Shown here in pieces: positions 42,190-51,997 of a DNA stretch of 64,000 bases; position 1 is the stretch's first letter; each line of letters begins with the position of its first letter. The stretch comes from Candidatus Bathyarchaeota archaeon. Its GTDB lineage: Archaea > Thermoproteota > Bathyarchaeia > TCS64. The translations under genes and the position numbers were made by a program. The stretch is taken from positions 117 to 64,116 of the forward strand of contig JAGTQU010000001.1 of assembly GCA_018396695.1 (NCBI GenBank). The letters run 5' to 3'. Below the pieces are notes generated by a model. The model was not told where the DNA came from. It saw nothing but the letters and a program-made list of their open reading frames with translations, and searched no databases.

Positions 42190-43305
42190 ATGAGGGTAAA
42201 CATAAATTTAGAAGCTGGGGATCCCGACGCTGAAGCTCCTGAGAAGGCGAAAAAAGCAGTTATCGAAGCTATTAATCTAGGGGGAGAATGGACTCATTAC
42301 TCTCATTTGGGTAGGACTAAACCTAAAGATGCCTTCCTTGAAGCTGTTGTAGAGTATTATGAAAGATTTGGACCTAAATATAAACCTGAGCAGGTATTGC
42401 CGACCGCGGGAAGCGGGGCAGCCTTATATATAGCCATGGCGACGATTTCTGATAAAGGCGACGAAATTATCGTATTTGATCCCACCTTTGTAGGCTATTT
42501 TAGTAAGCTCAAAACTATGGGGGTGAAGCCTATCTATGCTAGACTTGCTAAAGAGAAAGGCTTCCATATAGACTATGATTCTCTAAAGAATTGTGTAGGA
42601 GAGAGGACGAAAGCCATCCTCCTCTGCAACCCCAATAATCCGACAGGTACAGTCTTCACTAAGGATGAGCTCAAAGCGGTAAGAGAGTTAGCATTAGATC
42701 ACGATCTATATGTTATAGCTGATGAGATATATCTTCACTTCGTCTACGATGACAACGTTTTTACATCTATTGCCTCGCTGGACGGTATGCTAGAAAGGAC
42801 AATAAACGTTATGAGCTTCTCAAAGACCTTCTCAATGACAGGCTGGAGACTAGGGTATGCCATCGTACCTGAGAAGCTTCTACCGAGATCAAGGGAGTAT
42901 CTCTCACTCTTTTCCTCTAACCCTTCATCCTTTATTCTGGCGGCAGGAGTATCTGCTCTTAAAGAAGGGTGGGAGTATGTCGAAGATAGGAGGAGAGAGT
43001 ATCAAAAGCGGAGAGATTTCTTCTGCAAGTCCGTAGATGATATAAATGGCTTACATTGTGAACCCTTTGAAGGTGCCTTCTATGCGTGGATCGACATAAG
43101 CGAGACAGGCTTAGGCTCCGAGCAGTTCGTAGAAGAATTAAACAAGAGTGAGGGCGTGCAGCTAAGCCCAGGGATTAGATTCGGTCCAAGTTCTGATGAA
43201 TTCGTCAGAGCATCTCTAGTGAAACCTATATCTATACTTGAGGAAGTTGTAAGACGGTTGGAGAGATTTGTCGGCTCAATAATGGAAAAAGGGATGGTTA
43301 GATGA
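42190..43305 (+). CDS. class I/II PLP-dependent aminotransferase (aspartate aminotransferase-like)
   Basis: 371 aa; NPNNPTGTV, PLP-lysine region SFSKTFSMTGWRLGY. Confidence 0.8.
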   Translation: MRVNINLEAGDPDAEAPEKAKKAVIEAINLGGEWTHYSHLGRTKPKDAFLEAVVEYYERFGPKYKPEQVLPTAGSGAALYIAMATISDKGDEIIVFDPTFVGYFSKLKTMGVKPIYARLAKEKGFHIDYDSLKNCVGERTKAILLCNPNNPTGTVFTKDELKAVRELALDHDLYVIADEIYLHFVYDDNVFTSIASLDGMLERTINVMSFSKTFSMTGWRLGYAIVPEKLLPRSREYLSLFSSNPSSFILAAGVSALKEGWEYVEDRRREYQKRRDFFCKSVDDINGLHCEPFEGAFYAWIDISETGLGSEQFVEELNKSEGVQLSPGIRFGPSSDEFVRASLVKPISILEEVVRRLERFVGSIMEKGMVR

Positions 43306-44822
43306 GTATAAACAGAGAAGAAGAGTTTCCGATGCTGAAGCATTGGGTTTTCCTAGATGCTGCAAATGCAATGATTCCGGCAAGGTACTGGCTGAACGCG
43401 ATACGGGAGTGTCTCAACATCTATGAATTTGCCCCTTATGGACAGGCTGATCATCCTTTCCTGACTGTTGTGTTTAAAGAGTGCATACAGCGCGCCGCTA
43501 AGTTAATCCACGCTAAGGAGTGCGAAATCACAAACATCTATCGTGTGATGACGGCTGCGAATCTAATAATCAACGATTTAATCGAGTGGAGGAAAGGAGA
43601 CAACGTAGTCTTCTCAGACCTCGACTATCCCTCGATACCTTTCATATTGATGAACCTTCAGAAAAAGAAAGGAGTTGAGCTAAGGAGGATCAGGAACATG
43701 AATGGAGAGATACCCATGGATGCGCTAGAGAAGAATATTGATGACAGGACAAAGCTTGTCTGTGTCAATCGAACGACCCCTTGGTGTGGTTTCACCTATG
43801 ATGTGAAAGAAGTATGCAGGGTCGCCCATGAGCACGGCAGTCTTGTGCTAGATGACTCAATACAATCTATAGGGGCTATCGATGTAGATGTACATAAGGA
43901 TGACGTAGACTTTCTGCTTACTGGAAGTTACAAATGGCAGTGTGGTCCAGAGGGTGCAGGTATCTTCTATATCAAAGAAGAGCTGATAGATGATTTTGAT
44001 CCAGATTTCAGAAACTATATATGGTCGGAAGTTCCAGGAGGGATACCTTTCAGCAGACTCGACCACGACAATCTTACGAGCTGGAATTATCCACTCGTTA
44101 AGAATGCTAACAGATTCGACATGGGTGTATGCGTGACTCCGATATTGTTCGGATGGAATGCCACTCTTAAATTCTATGAGAGAGTAGGAATCGAGAAGGT
44201 TGAAAGGAACGTCAGGAGGATGGGGGATTATTGTTTTTCAAATAGCCTCAGCGGTCCAGAGGGTGCAGGTATCTTCTATATCAAAGAAGAGCTGATAGAT
44301 GATTTTGATCCAGATTTCAGAAACTATATATGGTCGGAAGTTCCAGGAGGGATACCTTTCAGCAGACTCGACCACGACAATCTTACGAGCTGGAATTATC
44401 CACTCGTTAAGAATGCTAACAGATTCGACATGGGTGTATGCGTGACTCCGATATTGTTCGGATGGAATGCCACTCTTAAATTCTATGAGAGAGTAGGAAT
44501 CGAGAAGGTTGAAAGGAACGTCAGGAGGATGGGGGATTATTGTATTGATCGGCTTCATGAGTCTGGATGTAGAGTCTTAACTCCTGTGGATCCAAAGAAG
44601 AGGCATGGGCTCATAGTCTATACGAACGGTAGTTACGAGATAGACTCTGCGGTTTATAAGAAGCTGGACGCTTCTTGGACTTACATGAAGCCTATCAAGG
44701 TCTCATTCAGAGGGGTAGGGGGAATTATAGGTATTAGAGCTAGCTGCCATTTCTTCAACACAAAGGAGGATATAGATGCACTAGTAGAGTCTCAAGAAAA
44801 GGCTAGAAGGAATTTGACTTAG
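43302..44822 (+). CDS. class V-fold PLP-dependent enzyme (aminotransferase class V / desulfurase-like) carrying an internal 103-aa duplication
   Basis: 506 aa; PLP-lysine context TGSYKWQCGPEGAG; residues encoded by 43944-44252 repeated at 44253-44561; ATGA overlap with upstream aminotransferase. Confidence 0.65.
   Translation: MSINREEEFPMLKHWVFLDAANAMIPARYWLNAIRECLNIYEFAPYGQADHPFLTVVFKECIQRAAKLIHAKECEITNIYRVMTAANLIINDLIEWRKGDNVVFSDLDYPSIPFILMNLQKKKGVELRRIRNMNGEIPMDALEKNIDDRTKLVCVNRTTPWCGFTYDVKEVCRVAHEHGSLVLDDSIQSIGAIDVDVHKDDVDFLLTGSYKWQCGPEGAGIFYIKEELIDDFDPDFRNYIWSEVPGGIPFSRLDHDNLTSWNYPLVKNANRFDMGVCVTPILFGWNATLKFYERVGIEKVERNVRRMGDYCFSNSLSGPEGAGIFYIKEELIDDFDPDFRNYIWSEVPGGIPFSRLDHDNLTSWNYPLVKNANRFDMGVCVTPILFGWNATLKFYERVGIEKVERNVRRMGDYCIDRLHESGCRVLTPVDPKKRHGLIVYTNGSYEIDSAVYKKLDASWTYMKPIKVSFRGVGGIIGIRASCHFFNTKEDIDALVESQEKARRNLT
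43944..44543. repeat. perfect 291-bp direct repeat (43944-44234 and 44253-44543) separated by 18 unique bp, in frame within a CDS
   Basis: The two copies were compared base-by-base and are identical. Confidence 0.9.
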
Positions 44823-44994
44823 TTACCCTTAAGTTCTACACTTTTCTATGTCCATGTGGCTGAGGCTATTTGAAAAACAATAATTTCTTGAAAGTTTGAT
44901 TATATAGGCGTGAAGGATATTACGAGTAACAGATGTAAATTTTCGTGGACAGATTTGTCAACTCTGTACTTCTTCAGGATTTGACTGAACTCCT

Positions 44995-46026
44995 CTACGC
45001 AGTATTTCTCAAGTATAGCGCATCCCCAAACCCTGCGCCCATCATTCGAGAGCCGATGATTCCGTTAAACCTTCGAGCCAGTTCCACAAGAAGATCGAGT
45101 TTTCGACAACTGACCTCATAGTAGCCTCTCAGTGGGATTCGTACATGAGATTTCCAAGCCGCTGGAAGTCTTTTGATCGTTTCTACCGCTCTGAGAACTC
45201 GATCATTCTCAAATATTACATGCTTACATCTTTTCCGAAGATTGTCTGGTGGAAGATACTCAGATTTAGCGAATTCTTCTTTATCGAGATTCCCTAAGAG
45301 AATTTCTCCCAAACCTACTCTTTAGAATGGCGACAATTTCCTCGTATTCAGTCCTCCTCACATTATACTTCAATGATGCTAGCTCCCTTTTTATACATGT
45401 GTTAACAGCTACAATGACGATATCCGACCCTATTGGAATAAGCTCGAAGCTGTTTGTTCTGCAGTCTATCCACATCGCTTGGTCTTCTCTGCCTAATACG
45501 CTGACAAGTTGATCATTATTCCACTGCGGACGCCAACAAAATCATTTTCAGCCGATTTGCCTATATAGGTCATATCTAGCGTAGGGATATTCAAGTCAAA
45601 CAATATTGTAAATCCCTTGATCACAGCCATCTCAAGCGCTCCAGAGGATAAGTCCGGCTCCTTGAGGAATGTCTCCCCAGACAACCATGTTAGCCCCCTT
45701 AATCTCTATCCTTTAGAGGTCATGACGCTGATAATGCCTTGAATATAGTTTACCCACCTACGGTCAGGATTAAACTCCTGTATATACAGCTTAAAAACAA
45801 ACCTTCAGAATAGTCCGACGCGTATAATGAATTTGATCGTTCTCTTCTCTTGAGGTTTTCCAGCAACCCAAACATTCATGTTTATCGGCATGAGGGGTAC
45901 GAAGCCCTCATCATAGTCTGTATGTTCTCCTATGATATTAACTCTTCCAGGAGATCCCTCAACGACCAGCCCTTGAAGATCTTTATCGAAACCCTCGCTA
46001 TATTTATTCTCCTCTAGACTTCGCAA
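44995..46026 (-). pseudogene. galK: galactokinase gene remnant, broken into at least 4 frames
   Basis: N-terminal signature PGRVNIIGEHTDYDEGFV (45805-46026); GVRSGIMIN (45493-45684); CRTNSFELIPIG...EYNVRRTE (45281-45475); GSRMMGAGFGD (44995-45312). Confidence 0.6.
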
Positions 46027-46218
46027 TGTTTCACTTTCCTTAACTCCTCCGCTGCGGTTTCAGGAAGGACAACGTTAATGTGAGCTCCAGCACATGCCTC
46101 GCTTCCGCCTAGATACTTCAACTTATCTCGGCTCGTATGAGTGGATAGAATTCTATGGAGTAATGGCAACAACTATAATTCTCTTCATTATTTGAGGGTC
46201 TCTGGAACATCGCCATGA

Positions 46219-46949
46219 TTAAAGGTAGTCTGGATCCGAAAAGATTATCGTACGTCTGTAGAACAGTTTTGAGCATGTTGCAAGGTCTTCTTTCTTATCC
46301 TCCTCAATCTCTACGAGACTGTTGAAATGGCGTTTCGGGTAGATAGATATCTCATAAACCCACTTAGCCCAAAAGGGAACAAAAGAGATAAAACTTTTAT
46401 TCTCGTTGACTATCCTACGGGGAGAGACCGCTTTTTCTCTTCTCTTTAAAATATTTTCGACTTTCCTCAAGACGCTTCAATATGAAGGGTAAAATAAATG
46501 GATAGGCATAGACTTGGCCGTGAGGATGGTTCTTAGTTACCCCTATTGCTTCTCCTCTATTCTCGAAGATGAAGATGTACTTGACATAAGGCTTCTTTTC
46601 AAGTTGGTTCGTCTTCTCCTGCCTAAGATTAATTATTTTCTTAATATTCGGTACGCATAGGTCTTCTAGGGCTATTTCACGTTTAGGAGAATAAAGAATA
46701 ACTTCGCAGACTCCACTAGCAGGCTCAACCCTATACAAATCGCCTCCACTAGGTGATAGTATTGGTAAATTTCTTCGTAGAGAAGGAAACTTATTCTCTA
46801 TAGCTCTCACATCATAGGTTTTAGATATCTCATCGGAGCATATAGGGTCAAAAGGATAGAACTCTTTAGAGGATATTGACCTATTCTGTCATTCCACTGA
46901 AAATATGATCCATTCTACTGTTACTGGATTCCAAAGTTCAGACATATCT
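46219..46949 (-). pseudogene. galT: galactose-1-phosphate uridylyltransferase gene remnant
   Basis: N-terminus MSELWNPVTVEWIIFS then premature stop; HPHGQ active-site motif KNHPHGQVYAYPF (46415-46810); C-terminal piece in another frame (46219-46470). Confidence 0.6.
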
Positions 46950-47061
46950 GGTTGAAACTATTTTTAGATGAAAATTTTTAAAATTAGCATCCAGCAAAAG
47001 GAAACTTTATTATTTTATTTGAAAATACTATAAGCCTTATTTAGGACTGCATTGAGTTTGG

Positions 47062-47442
47062 ATGGATATAAAGATGATATACTTCGATGAACATATGGCG
47101 TTCTGGGTCTTCTCGGGGGTCTTCATAGGTTTCCTTGGAGTCGCTATCCTAATTGCGAGACTGATAGGCCCAATAAAACCTAATAAGATTAAAGAAACAA
47201 CTTACGAATGCGGTCAAAAACCATTCGGAAGCGCTAGAAACTTCCGAATAACAGGGATCACTAAATATTTTGGGTATGCAGTCATATTTTTCGCCCTTGA
47301 CGCTTTCACATGGATAATTTTAACTGCTGCAATATCCCTTTCATTCAACCCTTCTATGGTAATGGCCGTAACCATTTATACAATAATAGTGTTAGTAAGT
47401 GTCTGTTACTTCCTGATGGAGGTTAAAAGGCTGGTGGAGTGA
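47062..47442 (+). CDS. nuoA: NADH-quinone oxidoreductase subunit A
   Basis: 126 aa, 3 TM; YECGQKPFGSARNFRI. Confidence 0.8.
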   Translation: MDIKMIYFDEHMAFWVFSGVFIGFLGVAILIARLIGPIKPNKIKETTYECGQKPFGSARNFRITGITKYFGYAVIFFALDAFTWIILTAAISLSFNPSMVMAVTIYTIIVLVSVCYFLMEVKRLVE

Positions 47443-47952
47443 ATGACCGAGGAGACCACAATCAAGGAAAGGATATTTGAACGATATCATATTCCAATGC
47501 CAATTTACAACGTTGTCGAATACGTAGCCGCTTGGGCTCGAAAATTTTCCATCTGGCCTATACATCTCGTGACCGGATGCTGTAGTCCTGAGTTTATGCA
47601 GGTCTCTGGCTCACGTTTTGACATGGAGAGACTAGGCATCCTGCCCTTCGCAAGTGTCCGCCAGTGCGACTGTATAATGATTGTAGGTGTACTCTCCCGC
47701 AAAATGGCGGAGAGGGTGAAGTATCTCTACGATCAGATGGGAGAACCGAAGTATGTAGTTTCCGTAGGCGCCTGCCCAACAGGTATGGGGCCCTTCTTCG
47801 ACTCATATTCCATTGTCAGGGCTGATGAGGTTGTGCCTGTGGACGTCTATATTCCAGGATGCCCTCCTAGACCAGAAGCTATCATTCATGGGATGATGAA
47901 ACTCCAAGAGAAGATTAGAAAGGAGGTTAAGATAGGTGCCAGAAGCCGTTGA
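47443..47952 (+). CDS. nuoB: NADH-quinone oxidoreductase subunit B (20 kDa, N2 cluster)
   Basis: GCCSPEF, GACPTGMGPF, PGCPPRPE. Confidence 0.9.
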   Translation: MTEETTIKERIFERYHIPMPIYNVVEYVAAWARKFSIWPIHLVTGCCSPEFMQVSGSRFDMERLGILPFASVRQCDCIMIVGVLSRKMAERVKYLYDQMGEPKYVVSVGACPTGMGPFFDSYSIVRADEVVPVDVYIPGCPPRPEAIIHGMMKLQEKIRKEVKIGARSR

Positions 47953-48406
47953 GGAGCAAATTATTGAATCAATGGCATCTAAGCATCCAAACATATTCGG
48001 AGATGCTCGAATTCTATCTCATAAACAGATCTCTGTACGAGTTCGAAGAGAGGATCTCATAAATGCAGCGCTTTATCTGAGAGATAGTTTAGGATTCACA
48101 CATCCGATATCTGCAGGTGGGATCGATTGGTTAAAAGAGAATCGGATGGAGGTTATATACTATCTACTCAACCCTGAGAATCGGGTCTTGCTGATGCTTA
48201 GAATAGACCTACCAAGAGACCATCCAAGGTTGAGTTCTATGACAGGGGTATGGGAGGCATTCAACTTCCATGAAAGAGAGGCCCGTGAAATGTTTGGCAT
48301 CGAGTTTGAAGGTCACCCTAACCCTGTAAACCTTCTTCTACCTCCAGACTGGAGGGGGGGTTTCCCTCTTAGAAAGGATTTCAAAGGTGAGGGTGTTCGA
48401 ACATGA
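47936..48406 (+). CDS. nuoC: NADH-quinone oxidoreductase subunit C (30 kDa)
   Basis: 156 aa; ERE(A/V)REMFGIEFEGHPN. Confidence 0.8.
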   Translation: MPEAVEEQIIESMASKHPNIFGDARILSHKQISVRVRREDLINAALYLRDSLGFTHPISAGGIDWLKENRMEVIYYLLNPENRVLLMLRIDLPRDHPRLSSMTGVWEAFNFHEREAREMFGIEFEGHPNPVNLLLPPDWRGGFPLRKDFKGEGVRT

Positions 48407-49518
48407 GCGAACCTGTCATCGAACCCGAGATTATGCGCATCAGTTGGGGTCCTCAACATCCTATGAGCGGTCAGACTCGTATAATCATAGACACTGATGG
48501 AGAAGTCATTCATAAAATAATAGCCGACATAGGCTTCACTCATAGAGGAATCGAGAAGGTCTTGGAGAATAGGACTTTCCTGAAAGGGATTGTGCCCATC
48601 GAGCGGATGGTCATGGTCGATACAGCGAACATCGGGTTAGGATACGTTACAGCAATCGAGAAAGCCTTCGAAATAGATGTTCCTGAACGCGCCCAATGGA
48701 TAAGGTCGCTAATATGCGAGATGAGTAGGATTAACAGCCACCTCTACGCGTTCGGGCTTCAAGCTGAGTCAACAGGGTACTTTCCAGCGGTTTTCCTCTG
48801 GACCACTGTGGATCGTGAAGTCATCCTCGACTTATTCGAAAAGCTTACAGGAGCTAGATGGAGCTTCAACTTTTTCATACCTGGAGGAGTCGTGAAGGAT
48901 CTTCCAGATGGTTTTCAAAAAGAGGTATTGGAAGCGGTGAAATATCTTCGAAGTCGCTTCGAGCAATATTGGGATGCCATGGTTGAAAATGCTCTATTCG
49001 AGATGAGGTGCAAGGGGGTGGGGGTCTTAACGAAGAATGATGCTATCAGGCTTGGGGCCACTGGACCGGTCTTAAGAGGCTCAGATGTCGATATCGATGT
49101 GAGAAAGGATCAACCTTACGCTGCTTACGGGGATCTAGATTTCAAAGTAATAACAGAAACAGAAGGGGACGTTATGGCTAGGACGAAGGTAAGATATCAT
49201 GAGATAGGGCAGAGCCTAAATATTATGGAGCAGGTTGCAAACGAAATCCCTGCCGGACCTGTAAGGGTGAACTTCCCCTTATTCCCCAGATCTAAGGTTG
49301 GAGAAGCCTTCAGCCGTGTAGAGACTTCTAGAGGTGAGCTTGGGATCCATATGGTCACTGATGGAGGCATGAATCCTTATAGAGTGAAGATTAATTCCCC
49401 TACTTTGAGAAATGTGCATGTTTTCGAAAGGTTAGCAGAACTTGATAGAATTCTGGTAGCGGATCTTCCTGTAGTAATCAATTCGATAGATCCATGGTAT
49501 CTAGACTGCGATAGGTGA
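48403..49518 (+). CDS. nuoD: NADH-quinone oxidoreductase subunit D (49 kDa)
   Basis: 371 aa; GPQHP N-terminus, NiFe-hydrogenase-large-subunit-like fold, RVEAPRGELG-like VETSRGELG. Confidence 0.9.
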   Translation: MSEPVIEPEIMRISWGPQHPMSGQTRIIIDTDGEVIHKIIADIGFTHRGIEKVLENRTFLKGIVPIERMVMVDTANIGLGYVTAIEKAFEIDVPERAQWIRSLICEMSRINSHLYAFGLQAESTGYFPAVFLWTTVDREVILDLFEKLTGARWSFNFFIPGGVVKDLPDGFQKEVLEAVKYLRSRFEQYWDAMVENALFEMRCKGVGVLTKNDAIRLGATGPVLRGSDVDIDVRKDQPYAAYGDLDFKVITETEGDVMARTKVRYHEIGQSLNIMEQVANEIPAGPVRVNFPLFPRSKVGEAFSRVETSRGELGIHMVTDGGMNPYRVKINSPTLRNVHVFERLAELDRILVADLPVVINSIDPWYLDCDR

Positions 49519-49521
49519 TGA

Positions 49522-50661
49522 ATGATGAATCCCTACAGCCTGATTTTAAGCCTCTTCATGCTTTTAGAAACGAAAGTTTCGATCCTTCCATCCGCCAGCC
49601 TTGTTCAAACAGGGATTTCTCACCTTAAGGCTTCTCTGAACTTCTCTCCCCTCGATTTTATCTGGTCTTTCCTCACAGTTAACGCCAAGCCCCTCATCCA
49701 AATCCTTGTAATTCCAGGTTTAGCTTTCATATTGGTATTTGCCATCATAGCAGTATGGTTTGAGAGAAAGTTTTTAGCTAGAGCCATGCTTAGAGTTGGA
49801 CCTTACTACTGTGGGAGAAAAGCCGGAGTTTTACAACTCTTCGCAGACTTTCTGAAACTATTTTTTAAAGAGATCATAATTCCCGTTGATGCTGAGAGGA
49901 TTCTCTTCCTGTTGATGCCAATACTCTTACCCACTATTCCTTCATTAACAATAATTCTCATACCCTTCGCAAGCGATTGGATTCTTTTCAGAGCAGGCTC
50001 TCTGAGCTTACCGATCTTTTTCGCCATCGCAGGTTTAGCTCCCCTTATCCCAATTTTCTCAGGTTGGGCTTCTAATAACAAGTATACGATTATAGGCGGC
50101 TTTAGAGCAGCCTTCTTATATATTTCAGCGGAGATACCTTTAGTCATATGCGCAGCTGCTGTAGCGATTATGGCTGGGAGCTTCGACCTAGTTGGGATCG
50201 TGGAACGGCAAAAGAATATTTGGTTTGCCATCCCACAGATCCTAGGCTTCCTAATATTCTTTATAGGCTTAATCATCGAGGCTGAGAGGACACCTTTTGA
50301 TGTTCCAACAGCAGAAGTTGAACTAGTGCTAGGCTGGAGAACGGAGTATAGTGGAATCCTCTTTGGTTTCACTATGATGGCAGAATACTGTAACTTCCTT
50401 GGATGGTCTCTCCTCCTAATAACCCTATACCTTGGAGGATATAATGGTCCAGACCTCTTTGGCAACAGTCTATACAGCAGTATGTTTTGGATTCTAATGA
50501 AACTCGCCATTCTCGTCTCAATAGTGATATTGTTAAGAACCGTCTTTCCAAGATTCAGGATGGATCAGACTCTCCGGCTTGGATGGCATTACCTCACACC
50601 TCTATCAGTTTTGAACCTTTTCATCGTCCTTGCATTGAAAACCTGGGGGTATCCATTATGA
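49522..50661 (+). CDS. nuoH: NADH-quinone oxidoreductase subunit H
   Basis: 379 aa polytopic; ERKFLARAMLRVGPYYCG, PFDVPTAEVELV. Confidence 0.85.
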   Translation: MMNPYSLILSLFMLLETKVSILPSASLVQTGISHLKASLNFSPLDFIWSFLTVNAKPLIQILVIPGLAFILVFAIIAVWFERKFLARAMLRVGPYYCGRKAGVLQLFADFLKLFFKEIIIPVDAERILFLLMPILLPTIPSLTIILIPFASDWILFRAGSLSLPIFFAIAGLAPLIPIFSGWASNNKYTIIGGFRAAFLYISAEIPLVICAAAVAIMAGSFDLVGIVERQKNIWFAIPQILGFLIFFIGLIIEAERTPFDVPTAEVELVLGWRTEYSGILFGFTMMAEYCNFLGWSLLLITLYLGGYNGPDLFGNSLYSSMFWILMKLAILVSIVILLRTVFPRFRMDQTLRLGWHYLTPLSVLNLFIVLALKTWGYPL

Positions 50662-51125
50662 GTTTGTTGAGAAAAATTTTTAGACCCTTCATGATTGTTG
50701 CTCCCTACGTGTTTAGGAATTCCCAGACAGTCGCATATCCGACTGAGCGACTCGTATTTTCAGAGAGGTTTAGAGGGCGTCACAGATTCCATTTTGACAG
50801 ATGTATCCACTGCGGGGTTTGCGAGAGAGTATGCCCTTGCAATTCGATTAAACTCGTTCCTGGAGGACCAGATGGGAAACGATATCCTCAAATAGATTAT
50901 ACTACATGCAGCCTCTGCGGATTCTGTGTTGAGTTTTGCCCAAAGAAGGCCCTCGAATTCACTGATCTAGTAGAGTTCTCTGAGTATAATCGTGGGAGCC
51001 TCATATACTCGCCCGAGAGACTATCGCAAGTTCCGGATTTAAAGGAGGTTGTTCCAAGCTTGAAGCGTCGGATAAAATCCTATCTAACAGATAAGGAGAT
51101 GAAATATAGAAGAGTTGAGGTGTAA
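50658..51125 (+). CDS. nuoI: NADH-quinone oxidoreductase subunit I (2x[4Fe-4S])
   Basis: CIHCGVCERVCPC and CSLCGFCVEFCP; start ATG 50658 overlaps nuoH stop (ATGA). Confidence 0.8.
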   Translation: MSLLRKIFRPFMIVAPYVFRNSQTVAYPTERLVFSERFRGRHRFHFDRCIHCGVCERVCPCNSIKLVPGGPDGKRYPQIDYTTCSLCGFCVEFCPKKALEFTDLVEFSEYNRGSLIYSPERLSQVPDLKEVVPSLKRRIKSYLTDKEMKYRRVEV

Positions 51126-51391
51126 TGATAGCCGTGATTCTTCTATTAGCCCTTGCGGTCGTCTTCTCTTTCCTAGCAGTAGCGCTGCGAAACATAATCT
51201 ATGGCGTGATATTTCTTTTATGCTCTAATGTGACGCTTGGGATCCTATACTATATGGTTGGAGCTCCTTTAGTAGCGCTTTTCCAGCTTGCAATATTTGC
51301 AGGCGCGATCGTCGTCTTCTTTGTGATTACCATAATGCTGACTAAGGCTGGTGTTATGGAGGCTTCAGAGGAGGAGAGTAACATTGAGTAA
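51125..51391 (+). CDS. nuoJ: NADH-quinone oxidoreductase subunit J, N-terminal half
   Basis: 88 aa, TM helices ending ...IVVFFVITIMLT. Confidence 0.6.
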   Translation: MIAVILLLALAVVFSFLAVALRNIIYGVIFLLCSNVTLGILYYMVGAPLVALFQLAIFAGAIVVFFVITIMLTKAGVMEASEEESNIE

Positions 51392-51686
51392 TAAGATCGA
51401 GAAGTACGGACCTATTGAAGCAATCTATCTGATAGTCGCCTTACTTATAGTATTCGCCATGATTTTCCTGGAGTTTAGTTATCCAGCTTTCGAATTTGTA
51501 TCGAGTAGACTTCCTAGAATTCTAATCCCCCTTGAACCCTTCAACGATATTGCCAATAAGGCTAGCAGATTTCTCTGGGAGCATCGGGCTTTAGATCTAA
51601 CTATCCAAGCCTTCGTCATATTTACTGCAGTCATATGCTGTCTAGCCCTCTTGAAACCAGATGAAAGAGAGGAGGAAGAGATATGA
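51384..51686 (+). CDS. NADH-quinone oxidoreductase subunit J, C-terminal half (separate, overlapping frame)
   Basis: Membrane segment LWEHRALDLTIQAFVIFTAVICCLAL resembles NuoJ C-terminal helix; TTG start at 51384. Confidence 0.5.
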   Translation: MSNKIEKYGPIEAIYLIVALLIVFAMIFLEFSYPAFEFVSSRLPRILIPLEPFNDIANKASRFLWEHRALDLTIQAFVIFTAVICCLALLKPDEREEEEI

Positions 51687-51997
51687 ACGAATCGCTTTTG
51701 TTTTACATGGTAGCAGTAGTGCTCCAGTTCGTCATAGGTTTAGCATGTCTAATGATCAAGAGAGACATGGTGAGGCTCTTAATAGGTATAGAGATATTGT
51801 TCAACGCCGCAAATCTGAGTTTCATGGGGTTCTCTCTCCAAACGTCGGGGCACATCGATCCCTTTGCACACTCTATTATCATGATGGCTATAGTATTAGA
51901 TGGTACAGTAATAGCTGTGGGTCTAGCGATGACTTTGAACGTATATAAGCACTATAAAACCATCAATATTAGAAAATTAAGGAGGTTGAAATGGTGA
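51683..51997 (+). CDS. nuoK: NADH-quinone oxidoreductase subunit K
   Basis: 104 aa, 3 TM; LIGIEILFNAANLSFMGFS. Confidence 0.85.
   Translation: MNESLLFYMVAVVLQFVIGLACLMIKRDMVRLLIGIEILFNAANLSFMGFSLQTSGHIDPFAHSIIMMAIVLDGTVIAVGLAMTLNVYKHYKTINIRKLRRLKW

Noticed and set aside
42190-42270. N-terminal truncation of the class I/II aminotransferase
   Set aside because: The protein starts at the conserved G(E/D)PD region and I could find no upstream remnant in any frame. Some archaeal homologs are genuinely short (~370 aa), so it is not called a pseudogene.
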